The notes beneath the pieces were generated by a model. It did no database searches. It was not told the DNA's origin and saw only the letters and a program-made list of their open reading frames with translations. A program made the translations under genes and the position numbers. From NCBI GenBank assembly GCA_903844635.1, contig CAIMUF010000052.1, positions 840 to 64,839 on the forward strand: a stretch of 64,000 nucleotides of DNA. Reading direction: 5' to 3'. Position 1 is the stretch's first letter. Every line of letters starts with the position of its first letter. This DNA comes from an uncultured Sulfuricurvum sp. (GTDB lineage Bacteria > Campylobacterota > Campylobacteria > Campylobacterales > Sulfurimonadaceae). This document shows, piece after piece, positions 22,442 through 31,395 of this stretch.

Positions 22442-23863
22442 ATGACCAATATTATTCTGTGTGGCGGAAGCGGTACACGCCTTTGGCCGATTAGTCGAAC
22501 CCTTATGCCCAAGCAATTTGTAAAACTTTTTGGTGACACCCCAGGGCAGTCTCTCTTGCAACGCAATTCACCTCCCAAATCTCTTTTTCAACTTACCGTA
22601 GAGCGTAATATTCCTCTTTGCAGCGAACAATTCATTGTCTCTAATGCCGAGCAGTATTTTTTAGCTTTGGATCAACTTGGCGAAATGAATGCGCAAAGTA
22701 ATCACTACCTTCTTGAGCCTGTTGGCAGAAATACGGCTCCGGCGATTGCATTGGCTTGTATGGCACTTGATCCCGAAGAGATCGTTCTTGTAACACCCTC
22801 CGATCATCTCATAAAAAATCAACAATCTTATGCCCAAGCAGTTGAACGCGCGAAAGAGCTGGCATCGCAAGATTATCTCGTAACCTTCGGAATCACTCCA
22901 GCATTTGCTGAAACCGGATTTGGCTATATCGAAGCAGACAAAGAGAATGGCGAAGAAGTTGTAAGTTTTAAAGAAAAACCTGATTTTAATACTGCAACCC
23001 AGTACCTCAATGCCGGAAATTATTATTGGAACAGCGGGATGTTTTGCTTTAAAGCCGGAGTATTTTTAGAAGAGTTACGTGAACTTTCACCGCAGGTGTT
23101 CGAAACCTGTGCAGTAGCTTTTAAAAACGCAACGACCAACGGCATGATCCGTATAGCACATGACGATATGCTTTATATTCCCGAAGACAGTATTGACTAT
23201 GCCGTGATGGAAAAAAGCAATCGCGTCAAAGTCGTAGTAGCCAGCGATATAGAGTGGAGCGACGTAGGGAGTTTCGATGCTCTCTATGAAGAGCTGCCAA
23301 AAGATGCCAACGGCAACACAGTATGCGATAAGCACATCAGTATCGATAGTAAAAACAATCTCGTTCTCTGTGAAGGGCGTAAAATTGCAACCATTGACGT
23401 CGAAGATTTGATCATTGTTGATACAGGTGATGCTTTGCTTGTTTCGAAAAAAGGCTCATCTCAAAAAGTTAAAAACGTGGTCGCAGAACTTAAAAATCGT
23501 AATACCGAGCTTCATAACATCCACCTCACCGCTCACCGTCCATGGGGAACGTATACGATTCTAGAAGACACTCCCGGATATAAGATCAAGAGGATCGTTG
23601 TGCAGCCAGGAAAGCGCTTAAGTTTACAAAAACACTTTCACCGCAGCGAGCATTGGATTGTCGTTAGCGGTACAGCGACAGTTACTGTCGGGGATCAAAC
23701 GCAAATCATCCGCCCCAATGAGTCCACCTATATCAAAATGGGTGAGATCCATCGTCTCGCCAATGATGGGAAAATTCCAGTAGTTCTTATCGAAGCACAA
23801 GTCGGAGAATATACAGGCGAAGATGATATCGTTCGAATTAGTGATGAGTACAACCGCGCATGA
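22442..23863 (+). CDS. manC: Mannose-1-phosphate guanylyltransferase/mannose-6-phosphate isomerase
   Basis: GGSGTRLWP, EPVGRNTAPAI, WSDVGS, RPWG and C-terminal cupin. Confidence 0.95.
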   Translation: MTNIILCGGSGTRLWPISRTLMPKQFVKLFGDTPGQSLLQRNSPPKSLFQLTVERNIPLCSEQFIVSNAEQYFLALDQLGEMNAQSNHYLLEPVGRNTAPAIALACMALDPEEIVLVTPSDHLIKNQQSYAQAVERAKELASQDYLVTFGITPAFAETGFGYIEADKENGEEVVSFKEKPDFNTATQYLNAGNYYWNSGMFCFKAGVFLEELRELSPQVFETCAVAFKNATTNGMIRIAHDDMLYIPEDSIDYAVMEKSNRVKVVVASDIEWSDVGSFDALYEELPKDANGNTVCDKHISIDSKNNLVLCEGRKIATIDVEDLIIVDTGDALLVSKKGSSQKVKNVVAELKNRNTELHNIHLTAHRPWGTYTILEDTPGYKIKRIVVQPGKRLSLQKHFHRSEHWIVVSGTATVTVGDQTQIIRPNESTYIKMGEIHRLANDGKIPVVLIEAQVGEYTGEDDIVRISDEYNRA

Positions 23864-24651
23864 ACCAATTAAAAGCTATTTGGGCGTATCGTTATTTTAT
23901 TATCAGCTCTATCAAAACGGAATTTCGAAGTCGTTTTGCACGTAGCAGTTTAGGCGGTGTCTGGATGGTATTACATCCGCTAGCACAAGTGGCTATTTAC
24001 GCCCTCGTACTCTCAGCCGTCCTTGCTGCCAAACTTCCCGGTATTGACAACCAGTATGCCTATGCTATTTATCTGATGGCTGGGACACTTGGTTGGTCAC
24101 TGTTTGCTGAGGTGTTTGGACGAAGCTTGGGAGTATTTGTTGATAATGGCAATTTACTCAAAAAAATGGCATTTCCAAAAATCGCACTCCCTCTCATCGT
24201 CACGGGCAGTGCATTGGTCAACAACCTTCTCCTCTTTGGAGCAGTATTGGTCGTTTTTGGGATTCTTGGGCACATGCCTACTCTTATGCTCTTGTGGCTG
24301 CCTGTTCTAATTGCTGTAACGCTCGCATTGGCACTCGGGCTAGGTTTAGCGTTAGGTATTATCAATGTTTTTGTGCGCGATATCGGTCAGATCGTCCCGA
24401 TCATTTTACAATTTTGGTTTTGGCTCACCCCTGTCGTGTATGTCTCTACGATGATTCCTGCAAAATATCATGCGCTATTGATGCTCAATCCCATGAGCGG
24501 TATCGTCATGGGGTATCAAAACATCCTTGTATACAACAAAGCCCCAGATGTAAGCACGCTTCTTTATCCGGCTACAATCGCCATTGTAGCACTGTCGCTT
24601 GCCCTCTTTATGTATTTTCGTGCGAATGAAGAAATGGCGGATGCGTTATGA
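23860..24651 (+). CDS. wzm: O-antigen ABC transporter permease Wzm
   Basis: FRSRFARSSLGGVW, RDIGQIVP, WLTPVVY, LNPM. Confidence 0.92.
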   Translation: MNQLKAIWAYRYFIISSIKTEFRSRFARSSLGGVWMVLHPLAQVAIYALVLSAVLAAKLPGIDNQYAYAIYLMAGTLGWSLFAEVFGRSLGVFVDNGNLLKKMAFPKIALPLIVTGSALVNNLLLFGAVLVVFGILGHMPTLMLLWLPVLIAVTLALALGLGLALGIINVFVRDIGQIVPIILQFWFWLTPVVYVSTMIPAKYHALLMLNPMSGIVMGYQNILVYNKAPDVSTLLYPATIAIVALSLALFMYFRANEEMADAL

Positions 24652-24652
24652 T

Positions 24653-25153
24653 AATTTTTAATTTTGAATGCTTAATGTTGAATCAAAACGTAAGAATGAG
24701 CAAGTAGCATGAAGCAAGAAAATATTATCTTAGATAAATCATTTGCTTTTGCAGTGAGAGTTGTAAAACTCTATAAATATTTGTGTGATGAAAAACAAGA
24801 GTATGTTTTATCCAAACAGTTGTTGAGAAGCGGCACCTCCATCGGAGCCAATATCAATGAAGCTCAAGCAGCGCAGAGTACGAACGATTTTATCACCAAA
24901 ATGAGTATCGCAAGCAAAGAAGCGAGAGAAAGCAGATACTGGATAGATCTTTTAATTCAGACAGATTTTCTTGATTCCAGTGAACAACACACTCAAACAT
25001 TGCGAGGCGATATTGATGAGCTTATCAAAATGTTAACATCCATCATTAAAACAACGCAAGAAAGAAATAAAAAATGAATTCAAAATTAAAGATTGACCAA
25101 CGGGAATGCCCTGGGGTTCAGAATTCAGAATTAAACATTCAAAATTCAAAATT
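24653..25153. mobile_element. Four-helix-bundle gene cassette bounded by 31-bp heptamer-based inverted repeats
   Basis: Left arm 24653-24683 vs right arm 25123-25153 match 27/31; flanking (T)GAT direct repeat; excision restores ATG ATT TCG CCT (MISPVLE) overlapping the wzm stop. Confidence 0.65.
24709..25077 (+). CDS. Four helix bundle protein (TIGR02436 / 23S IVS-protein / bAvd-like)
   Basis: DKSFAFAVRVVKLY, SKQLLRSGTSIGANINEA, KMSIASKEARESRYW. Confidence 0.9.
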   Translation: MKQENIILDKSFAFAVRVVKLYKYLCDEKQEYVLSKQLLRSGTSIGANINEAQAAQSTNDFITKMSIASKEARESRYWIDLLIQTDFLDSSEQHTQTLRGDIDELIKMLTSIIKTTQERNKK

Positions 25154-26378
25154 GATTTCGCCTGTCCTCGAAATCAGTAACATCGGCAAAGCCTATCGTA
25201 ACTACGGTAGTGAGCTATGGCGTATCCTCTCGTGGTTCGGACTGCGTTTTAAACCCGTTCATGAGACATGGACACTCCAAAATATCAGCTTTAACATCGC
25301 ACCGGGTGAAGCGATCGGTGTTGTTGGGCAAAACGGTGCAGGCAAAAGCACCTTGCTCAAAATCATTACAGGCACTCTCAAGCCAAGTACTGGCAGTGTA
25401 ACGGTGCACGGTAAAATCGCCGCAATCCTAGAGCTGGGGATGGGATTTCACCCCGACCTTACAGGGCGACAAAATGCCTACCATTCTGCAGGACTTATGG
25501 GCTATACAAGCGCACAAATCGATGCAGTAATCGATCAAATTGAAGCATTTGCAGAGGTCGGAGAGTACTTCGATCAGCCGGTACGTACTTATAGTAGTGG
25601 TATGCAGATGCGTGTAGCATTTGCAACCGTGACCGCCTATCGTCCAGAGATTCTAATTGTCGATGAAGCTATGTCTGTCGGGGATGCCTATTTCCAGCAC
25701 AAAAGCTTTGACCGTATCCGACAGTTCCAGAGCGCGGGAACAACTCTCTTGCTTGTATCTCACGATCGCGGTGCTATTCAGGCGATCTGTGATCGTGCTA
25801 TTTTATTAGAGCAAGGGAAAGTGATCCGAGACGGTGAGCCCGAAGAAGTGATGGATTTTTACAATGCTCTCATCGCGGACAAGGAAAACAGCAAAATTGA
25901 GCAAGTAACACTTGACAATGGAAGAGTCCAGACGATCTCCGGAACAGGCGAAGCCAAAGTCGAAGATATTGGACTCTACAATGACAAAGGCGAAAAAGTA
26001 GAGTTTGTCGGTGTTGGTGATCCAGTAGAGTTACGAGTGAAAGTGAAAATATATCAAGATATTCCATTGCTCGTATTAGGATACGGAATTAAAGATCGCC
26101 TTGGTCAGGTGATGTACGGAACGAATACATGGCTGATGAAGCAAGTATTAGAAGATTTGAAAGCAGGTAATTTGTATAACTTTATAATTACATTTCCCAT
26201 CAATATTGGGGTTGGTAATTATTCAATTCAAACTGCTCTGCATAAACACGATACCCATTTATCTGTCAATTATGAATGGAAAGACTTAGCATTAGTTTTC
26301 AATGTTGTTAATATTGACAAGACTGCTTTTGTTGGATCAACATGGCACGAACCAAAAATAGAAGTTAAACTAATATGA
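25074..26378 (+). CDS. wzt: O-antigen ABC transporter ATPase Wzt with C-terminal carbohydrate-binding domain
   Basis: GQNGAGKST, YSSGMQMR, ILIVDE, C-terminal beta-sandwich; first 26-27 aa derive from the repeat arm. Confidence 0.93.
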   Translation: MNSKLKIDQRECPGVQNSELNIQNSKLISPVLEISNIGKAYRNYGSELWRILSWFGLRFKPVHETWTLQNISFNIAPGEAIGVVGQNGAGKSTLLKIITGTLKPSTGSVTVHGKIAAILELGMGFHPDLTGRQNAYHSAGLMGYTSAQIDAVIDQIEAFAEVGEYFDQPVRTYSSGMQMRVAFATVTAYRPEILIVDEAMSVGDAYFQHKSFDRIRQFQSAGTTLLLVSHDRGAIQAICDRAILLEQGKVIRDGEPEEVMDFYNALIADKENSKIEQVTLDNGRVQTISGTGEAKVEDIGLYNDKGEKVEFVGVGDPVELRVKVKIYQDIPLLVLGYGIKDRLGQVMYGTNTWLMKQVLEDLKAGNLYNFIITFPINIGVGNYSIQTALHKHDTHLSVNYEWKDLALVFNVVNIDKTAFVGSTWHEPKIEVKLI

Positions 26379-27682
26379 TACATAACAATTTTTACCGAGC
26401 TTTTGAAGAGAAATATTATGCTCCTCGGACAGTAATTAAAGAACTTCGAAAGCAATATTTATCCTTTGTTGAACAACTCATCCAGCATTATCCATCTGGT
26501 CAAACATATGATTTAGGTTGTGGTCGTGGTGAATGGCTTGAATTAATGCAGGAGCTTCAATTAACCCCCTATGGTGTTGATCTTGATGATGGCATGCTAC
26601 AAGGATGCAGAGACTTAGGATTGCCGGCTGAAAAAGGTGATGCGGTATCGTATCTTAAAACACTTGAATCGGAAAGTCACTTAGTGATTAGTGCATTTCA
26701 TGTTGTCGAACATATTTCATTTAGTGATTTGCAAGAAGTTGTCCAAGAAGCATTACGGGTTTTAAAGCCAGGCGGCTTGCTCATCATGGAAACACCTAAT
26801 CCTGAAAATATCAAGGTAGCCACGGCTAATTTTTATTTAGACCCGACACATGTTCGACCTATTCCGTCCCAATTACTCTCTTTTTTAACAGAACATTACG
26901 GTTTTGAACGGACAAAGATTCTCCGTCTTCAGGAATCACAAGAAGTACATCATACACTATCCATCACTCTTTCGCAGGTCATTAGTGGTGTGAGCCCAGA
27001 CTATGCAGTCATTGCCCAAAAACAAGCTAGTGGTGAGATCATGTCAAGCTTTAATGAGTTGTTTGATAAAGAATATGGTTTATCTTTAGAAATGTTAGCA
27101 GATAAATTTGAAAATCGTTTATTAAAAATCGAAACCCAAACTAATGAAGCAAACTCGAAAGCTGATAAAGCATACGCACAGGCTAGTGAAGCAAGCGTAC
27201 AAGCCAATGAAGCAAATTCTAGGGCAACCAAAGCAGAACAAAGTGCAAATAATGCATGGCAACATTATCACATGATCGCAAATAGTACTTCTTGGAAGAT
27301 GACCAAGTCATTGCGATTGGCAGGTAAATTTACAAGATGGTTAGTCTATGGCTCTTATCATTGGCTCACATTTTCACCGACCAGCAGACCGCGTAGAAGC
27401 ATTAAAAATTTAGTATTAAAAATGAAAAATTATATTAATTCAAACCCAAAATTAAAAATGAAAATTATTAGTATCTTAAATCGTTTTCCAAAACTGAAAG
27501 CTAGGCTTAAAAGAGTTAGTCAAGACAACTATTTTCTATCAGACAATTCAAAATTGACCGCATGGAATGCCCTTGGGTGCAAAAGTCAAAATTTAGAATT
27601 ATCGCACTTGTCTCCAGAAGCCAAAAAAATATACAATGATTTGAAATATGCGATAGAGCAAAAGCAAAAGGCATCAAAATGA
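26375..27682 (+). CDS. SAM-dependent methyltransferase with coiled coil (WbdD-like O-antigen terminator)
   Basis: DLGCGRGEWL, FHVVEH, ETPNPEN, LDPTH; Ala/Gln-rich coiled segment; follows wzt. Confidence 0.8.
   Translation: MIHNNFYRAFEEKYYAPRTVIKELRKQYLSFVEQLIQHYPSGQTYDLGCGRGEWLELMQELQLTPYGVDLDDGMLQGCRDLGLPAEKGDAVSYLKTLESESHLVISAFHVVEHISFSDLQEVVQEALRVLKPGGLLIMETPNPENIKVATANFYLDPTHVRPIPSQLLSFLTEHYGFERTKILRLQESQEVHHTLSITLSQVISGVSPDYAVIAQKQASGEIMSSFNELFDKEYGLSLEMLADKFENRLLKIETQTNEANSKADKAYAQASEASVQANEANSRATKAEQSANNAWQHYHMIANSTSWKMTKSLRLAGKFTRWLVYGSYHWLTFSPTSRPRRSIKNLVLKMKNYINSNPKLKMKIISILNRFPKLKARLKRVSQDNYFLSDNSKLTAWNALGCKSQNLELSHLSPEAKKIYNDLKYAIEQKQKASK
27541..27603 (+). repeat. Solo heptamer-arm element inserted in-frame near the methyltransferase C-terminus
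   Basis: Shares ATTGACC-N4-GGAATGCCCT-N-GGGT and heptads with 25078-25152; TATC direct repeats 63 bp apart. Confidence 0.7.
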
Positions 27683-30600
27683 GAATCGTCATAGACCTTC
27701 AAGGAGCCCAAACTGAAAGTCGCTTTAGAGGAATTGGTAGATATTCACTCTCACTGGCTAAAGCGATAATAAGAAATGCAGGCGATCATGAGATATGGCT
27801 GGTTCTTAATGGTGCATTTCCTGAAAGTGTTTTAGCATTTAGAGAAGAGTTTGAAGGGATGGTGTCTCAAGGGCGAATTAGAGTTTTTCAAGCTCCCCTT
27901 CCCGTAGCTGAACACGATCCTGCAAACTCAAACAGAGCAAGAGTCGCAGAGCTGATACGAGAGTATTTTATGGAGCAGCTCAACCCTGATGTTGTCCTAG
28001 TAATGAGTCTTTTTGAGGGGTATCTCGATGATGCAGTAACATCAGTAAGTCGATTTACATCGAGCTACAAAACAGCGGTAATACTGTATGATCTCATACC
28101 TTATATAGATGAAGAGAGATATTTACCCTCCAGCACGCAAAAAGAGTACTATCATAAAAAAATCAACTCACTCCAAAAAGCAGATATCCTTTTAGCTATC
28201 TCAGAGGCTTCTAAAATAGAGTGTGAGAATGTACTTCACATACCATCCGAAAAAGTTACGAACATTTCTACAGCAGTCGATGAGACCTTTGAGCCAAAAG
28301 AACTCTCAGCAGATGAAAAAAAGACCCTTTTTGCCAAATACGACATCACCAGAAAGATGGTGATGTACGCTCCAGGCGGTTTTGATATTCGTAAAAACTT
28401 TGAAAATCTTATCGTTGCTTATAGCGAACTACCCCAACTTTTACGAGACGATCATCAGCTAGTCATTGTTAGTAAGGTTCAAGAGGGCGATAAACTTCAC
28501 TTAGAAAATATCGCCAAAAATACAAGACTAAAAAAAGACGAACTCATCATCACAGGTTATGTGAGCGATGAAGAACTCATGGCGTTTTACAGCACATGTA
28601 CACTTTTTGTATTTGCTTCGCTTCATGAAGGGTTTGGATTGCCTACACTTGAAGCGATGGCTTGCGGGGCTGCGGTGATAGGCTCAAATACCACAAGCGT
28701 ACCTGAAGTAATAGGATATGAAAAAGCTCTTTTTGATCCGAAATCAGTGCATTCTATTACCGATAAAATTCAAGAAGTGCTCGAAAATAAACAATTTTTG
28801 AAAGAGCTTCAATCACATTCCTTGCAGCAATGTAAAAAGTTCTCATGGGACGAGAGTGCAAAAAGAGCAATAGCTTCAATGGTTAATCTGCAAACATCGG
28901 ACAAAACTACTTATAAAGACTCTACAAAAAGAAAACTTGCGTATTTCTCTCCACTTCCTCCACAACGAAGCGGCATTAGTGACTATAGCAAAGAGTTGTT
29001 ACCATACTTAAATGCTTATTATGACATTACATTGATCGTAAATAGCGATGCATGTGAGAATATTTTTAATGAGATGGAATTTGAGAAAAAAAATGTTGCT
29101 TGGTTTGAAAATAATATAAAGAGTTTTGACAGAATTTTATACCATATAGGGAATAACCCTTTTCATACACACATGCTAGATGTACTGAAGCAACATTCTG
29201 GGGTGGCAATGCTTCATGATTTCTTTTTGAGCAGTTTGTATGCTTACGAAGAGACTGTATTAGGACAGCAGGATTTTTGGAAAAAAGCTATTTTTGAATC
29301 TCACGGTTTTGCTGCTCTTAAAGATAGATGTATTTCATATGGTGAAGAAAATGCAAAGCAAAAATATCCTGCCAATATTGAGGTCATGCAGAATGCCAGA
29401 GGTTTGATTTTTCATTCGAATTATTCAAGACATTTGTTGAATCAATGGTATGGTGAGCACAATCAAGTCCGAATGTTTCAGGTACCTTTCTTGAAATATA
29501 TGCCAAATGGTTATGATAAACAAGAAATACGAAAATTAATGAGATACGATAAAAGTGATTTCATAGTGTGTTCATTCGGTTATTTAGATTCCACTAAACT
29601 AAATCATAAGCTTTTGGAAGCCTGGAGAACGTCGAAGCTTTCATCATTAGGAAACTGCAAACTCATTTTTGTTGGGGAAAATAATGATGGTGATTATGGA
29701 CAACAAATTTTAAAAACCATCCAAAAGAGTAAAAATATTATTATCACGGGATGGACGGACAGTGATACATACGCAAACTATTTAAAAATAGCTGATGCAG
29801 GGGTACAATTGCGTACTATGTCCAGAGGTGAAACATCGGCAGCTGTCCATGATTGTATGGCTTATGCTTTGGCAACCATTGTTAATGCAAATGGCTCTTT
29901 TGCTGACATCCCAAAAGATTCGGTGTATATGATAGAAGATGAATTTGAAATCAAAACTCTGGTTGAAGCCCTTGAAAAACTTTATGATAATGAAAACTTT
30001 CGGAAAGAGTTATCTCAAAAAGCTGCAAAAACTATCAAAGAGCAACATTCTCCAGAAGTCTGTGCAAAAATGTATTTTGAAGCAATAGAAGCTTCTTATC
30101 AAAAACACCCCGTAAATGATTTGATCTCAAGCATAGTTGATCTAAAAGAATTTCGCTCTATTGAAAATGATGAAACTAAGTTGTTACATATTTCTAAAGC
30201 AATATCGCGCACTGTAGAAGTCCCATGTAGACAAAAACAAATACTTGTAGATGTATCGGCTATTTGCAGAAACGATTTGAAAACAGGTATCGAAAGGGTT
30301 GTCAAAGCTCAGCTATTGGAATTAATAAAAAATCAACCTGCAGGATACCGAGTAGAACCAATATATCTGGCATATGAAAATGGACAATGGGTCTATAGGT
30401 ATGCCAGAGATTATGCTTTATCGCTTTTAGAAATACAAAATGTACAGATGCAAAATGAGTTAATAGATATGCACAACGGTGATGTATATTATTGTGCAGA
30501 TTTTTTTAGGGATGGCATTGCCCAAGCTATAAAACAGGGATTGTTTGCTGAGATGAAGATGCAAGGTATTCAGCTGAACTTTGCAGTTTATGACATTTTA

Positions 30601-31395
30601 CCAATCCTGCATCCGGAGTTTTTTCCAATAGGAACAAGTAAGCCTCACCATGTTTGGCTCGAAGCAATAGCATCTGTTTCTGCTAATCTGATATGTATTT
30701 CAAAATCTGTAGCGGATGAAGTAAAAAATATATTGAAAGAGCCTAAGCTCAAAATATCTTATAATCATTTGGGTGCAGATATAGAAAGTTCAATTCCATC
30801 AGCTGGACTACCCGATGATGTACAAACCTCGCTTGTTACGCTTAGATCAAAACCGACTTTTTTGTTGGTAGGGACAATTGAACCGCGAAAAGGACATTTA
30901 CAAGTGTTGGCAGCTTTTGAAAAACTGTGGAGCGAGGGTTGTGATCTAAACCTCGTCATCGTTGGAAATGAGGGTTGGAAACTTTTGCTTGAGAATGAAC
31001 GAAGAACAATTCCTCAAATAGTTTCAAAAATGAATGCTTTAAAAAGCGAGGCTAAATTCTTTTGGCTTGAAGGCATCAGCGATGAGTACTTAGAAAAAGT
31101 GTATGAAGCCTCTACTTGCCTTATCGCCGCCAGCGAAGGGGAAGGGTTTGGATTGCCGCTTATTGAGGCAGCTCAGCATAAATTGCCAATCATTGCAAGG
31201 GATATCCCCGTATTTCGTGAAGTGGCTGGTAAATATGCTTATTATTTTGAAAATAGTAACGATTCCTCTGTTTTAGCAAATGTTGTCATCTCTTGGCTTG
31301 AACTTTATAAAGATGATCGTCATCCAAAATCAGATGCTATGCCGTGGTTGACGTGGGAAGAGAGTGCAAAACAGTTATTGGGTTGTATAAAATGA
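27679..31395 (+). CDS. Multi-domain GT4 glycosyltransferase (WbdA-like polymerase)
   Basis: 1238 aa; three GT-B modules with EGFGLP (twice) and SRGETSAA motifs. Confidence 0.85.
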   Translation: MRIVIDLQGAQTESRFRGIGRYSLSLAKAIIRNAGDHEIWLVLNGAFPESVLAFREEFEGMVSQGRIRVFQAPLPVAEHDPANSNRARVAELIREYFMEQLNPDVVLVMSLFEGYLDDAVTSVSRFTSSYKTAVILYDLIPYIDEERYLPSSTQKEYYHKKINSLQKADILLAISEASKIECENVLHIPSEKVTNISTAVDETFEPKELSADEKKTLFAKYDITRKMVMYAPGGFDIRKNFENLIVAYSELPQLLRDDHQLVIVSKVQEGDKLHLENIAKNTRLKKDELIITGYVSDEELMAFYSTCTLFVFASLHEGFGLPTLEAMACGAAVIGSNTTSVPEVIGYEKALFDPKSVHSITDKIQEVLENKQFLKELQSHSLQQCKKFSWDESAKRAIASMVNLQTSDKTTYKDSTKRKLAYFSPLPPQRSGISDYSKELLPYLNAYYDITLIVNSDACENIFNEMEFEKKNVAWFENNIKSFDRILYHIGNNPFHTHMLDVLKQHSGVAMLHDFFLSSLYAYEETVLGQQDFWKKAIFESHGFAALKDRCISYGEENAKQKYPANIEVMQNARGLIFHSNYSRHLLNQWYGEHNQVRMFQVPFLKYMPNGYDKQEIRKLMRYDKSDFIVCSFGYLDSTKLNHKLLEAWRTSKLSSLGNCKLIFVGENNDGDYGQQILKTIQKSKNIIITGWTDSDTYANYLKIADAGVQLRTMSRGETSAAVHDCMAYALATIVNANGSFADIPKDSVYMIEDEFEIKTLVEALEKLYDNENFRKELSQKAAKTIKEQHSPEVCAKMYFEAIEASYQKHPVNDLISSIVDLKEFRSIENDETKLLHISKAISRTVEVPCRQKQILVDVSAICRNDLKTGIERVVKAQLLELIKNQPAGYRVEPIYLAYENGQWVYRYARDYALSLLEIQNVQMQNELIDMHNGDVYYCADFFRDGIAQAIKQGLFAEMKMQGIQLNFAVYDILPILHPEFFPIGTSKPHHVWLEAIASVSANLICISKSVADEVKNILKEPKLKISYNHLGADIESSIPSAGLPDDVQTSLVTLRSKPTFLLVGTIEPRKGHLQVLAAFEKLWSEGCDLNLVIVGNEGWKLLLENERRTIPQIVSKMNALKSEAKFFWLEGISDEYLEKVYEASTCLIAASEGEGFGLPLIEAAQHKLPIIARDIPVFREVAGKYAYYFENSNDSSVLANVVISWLELYKDDRHPKSDAMPWLTWEESAKQLLGCIK

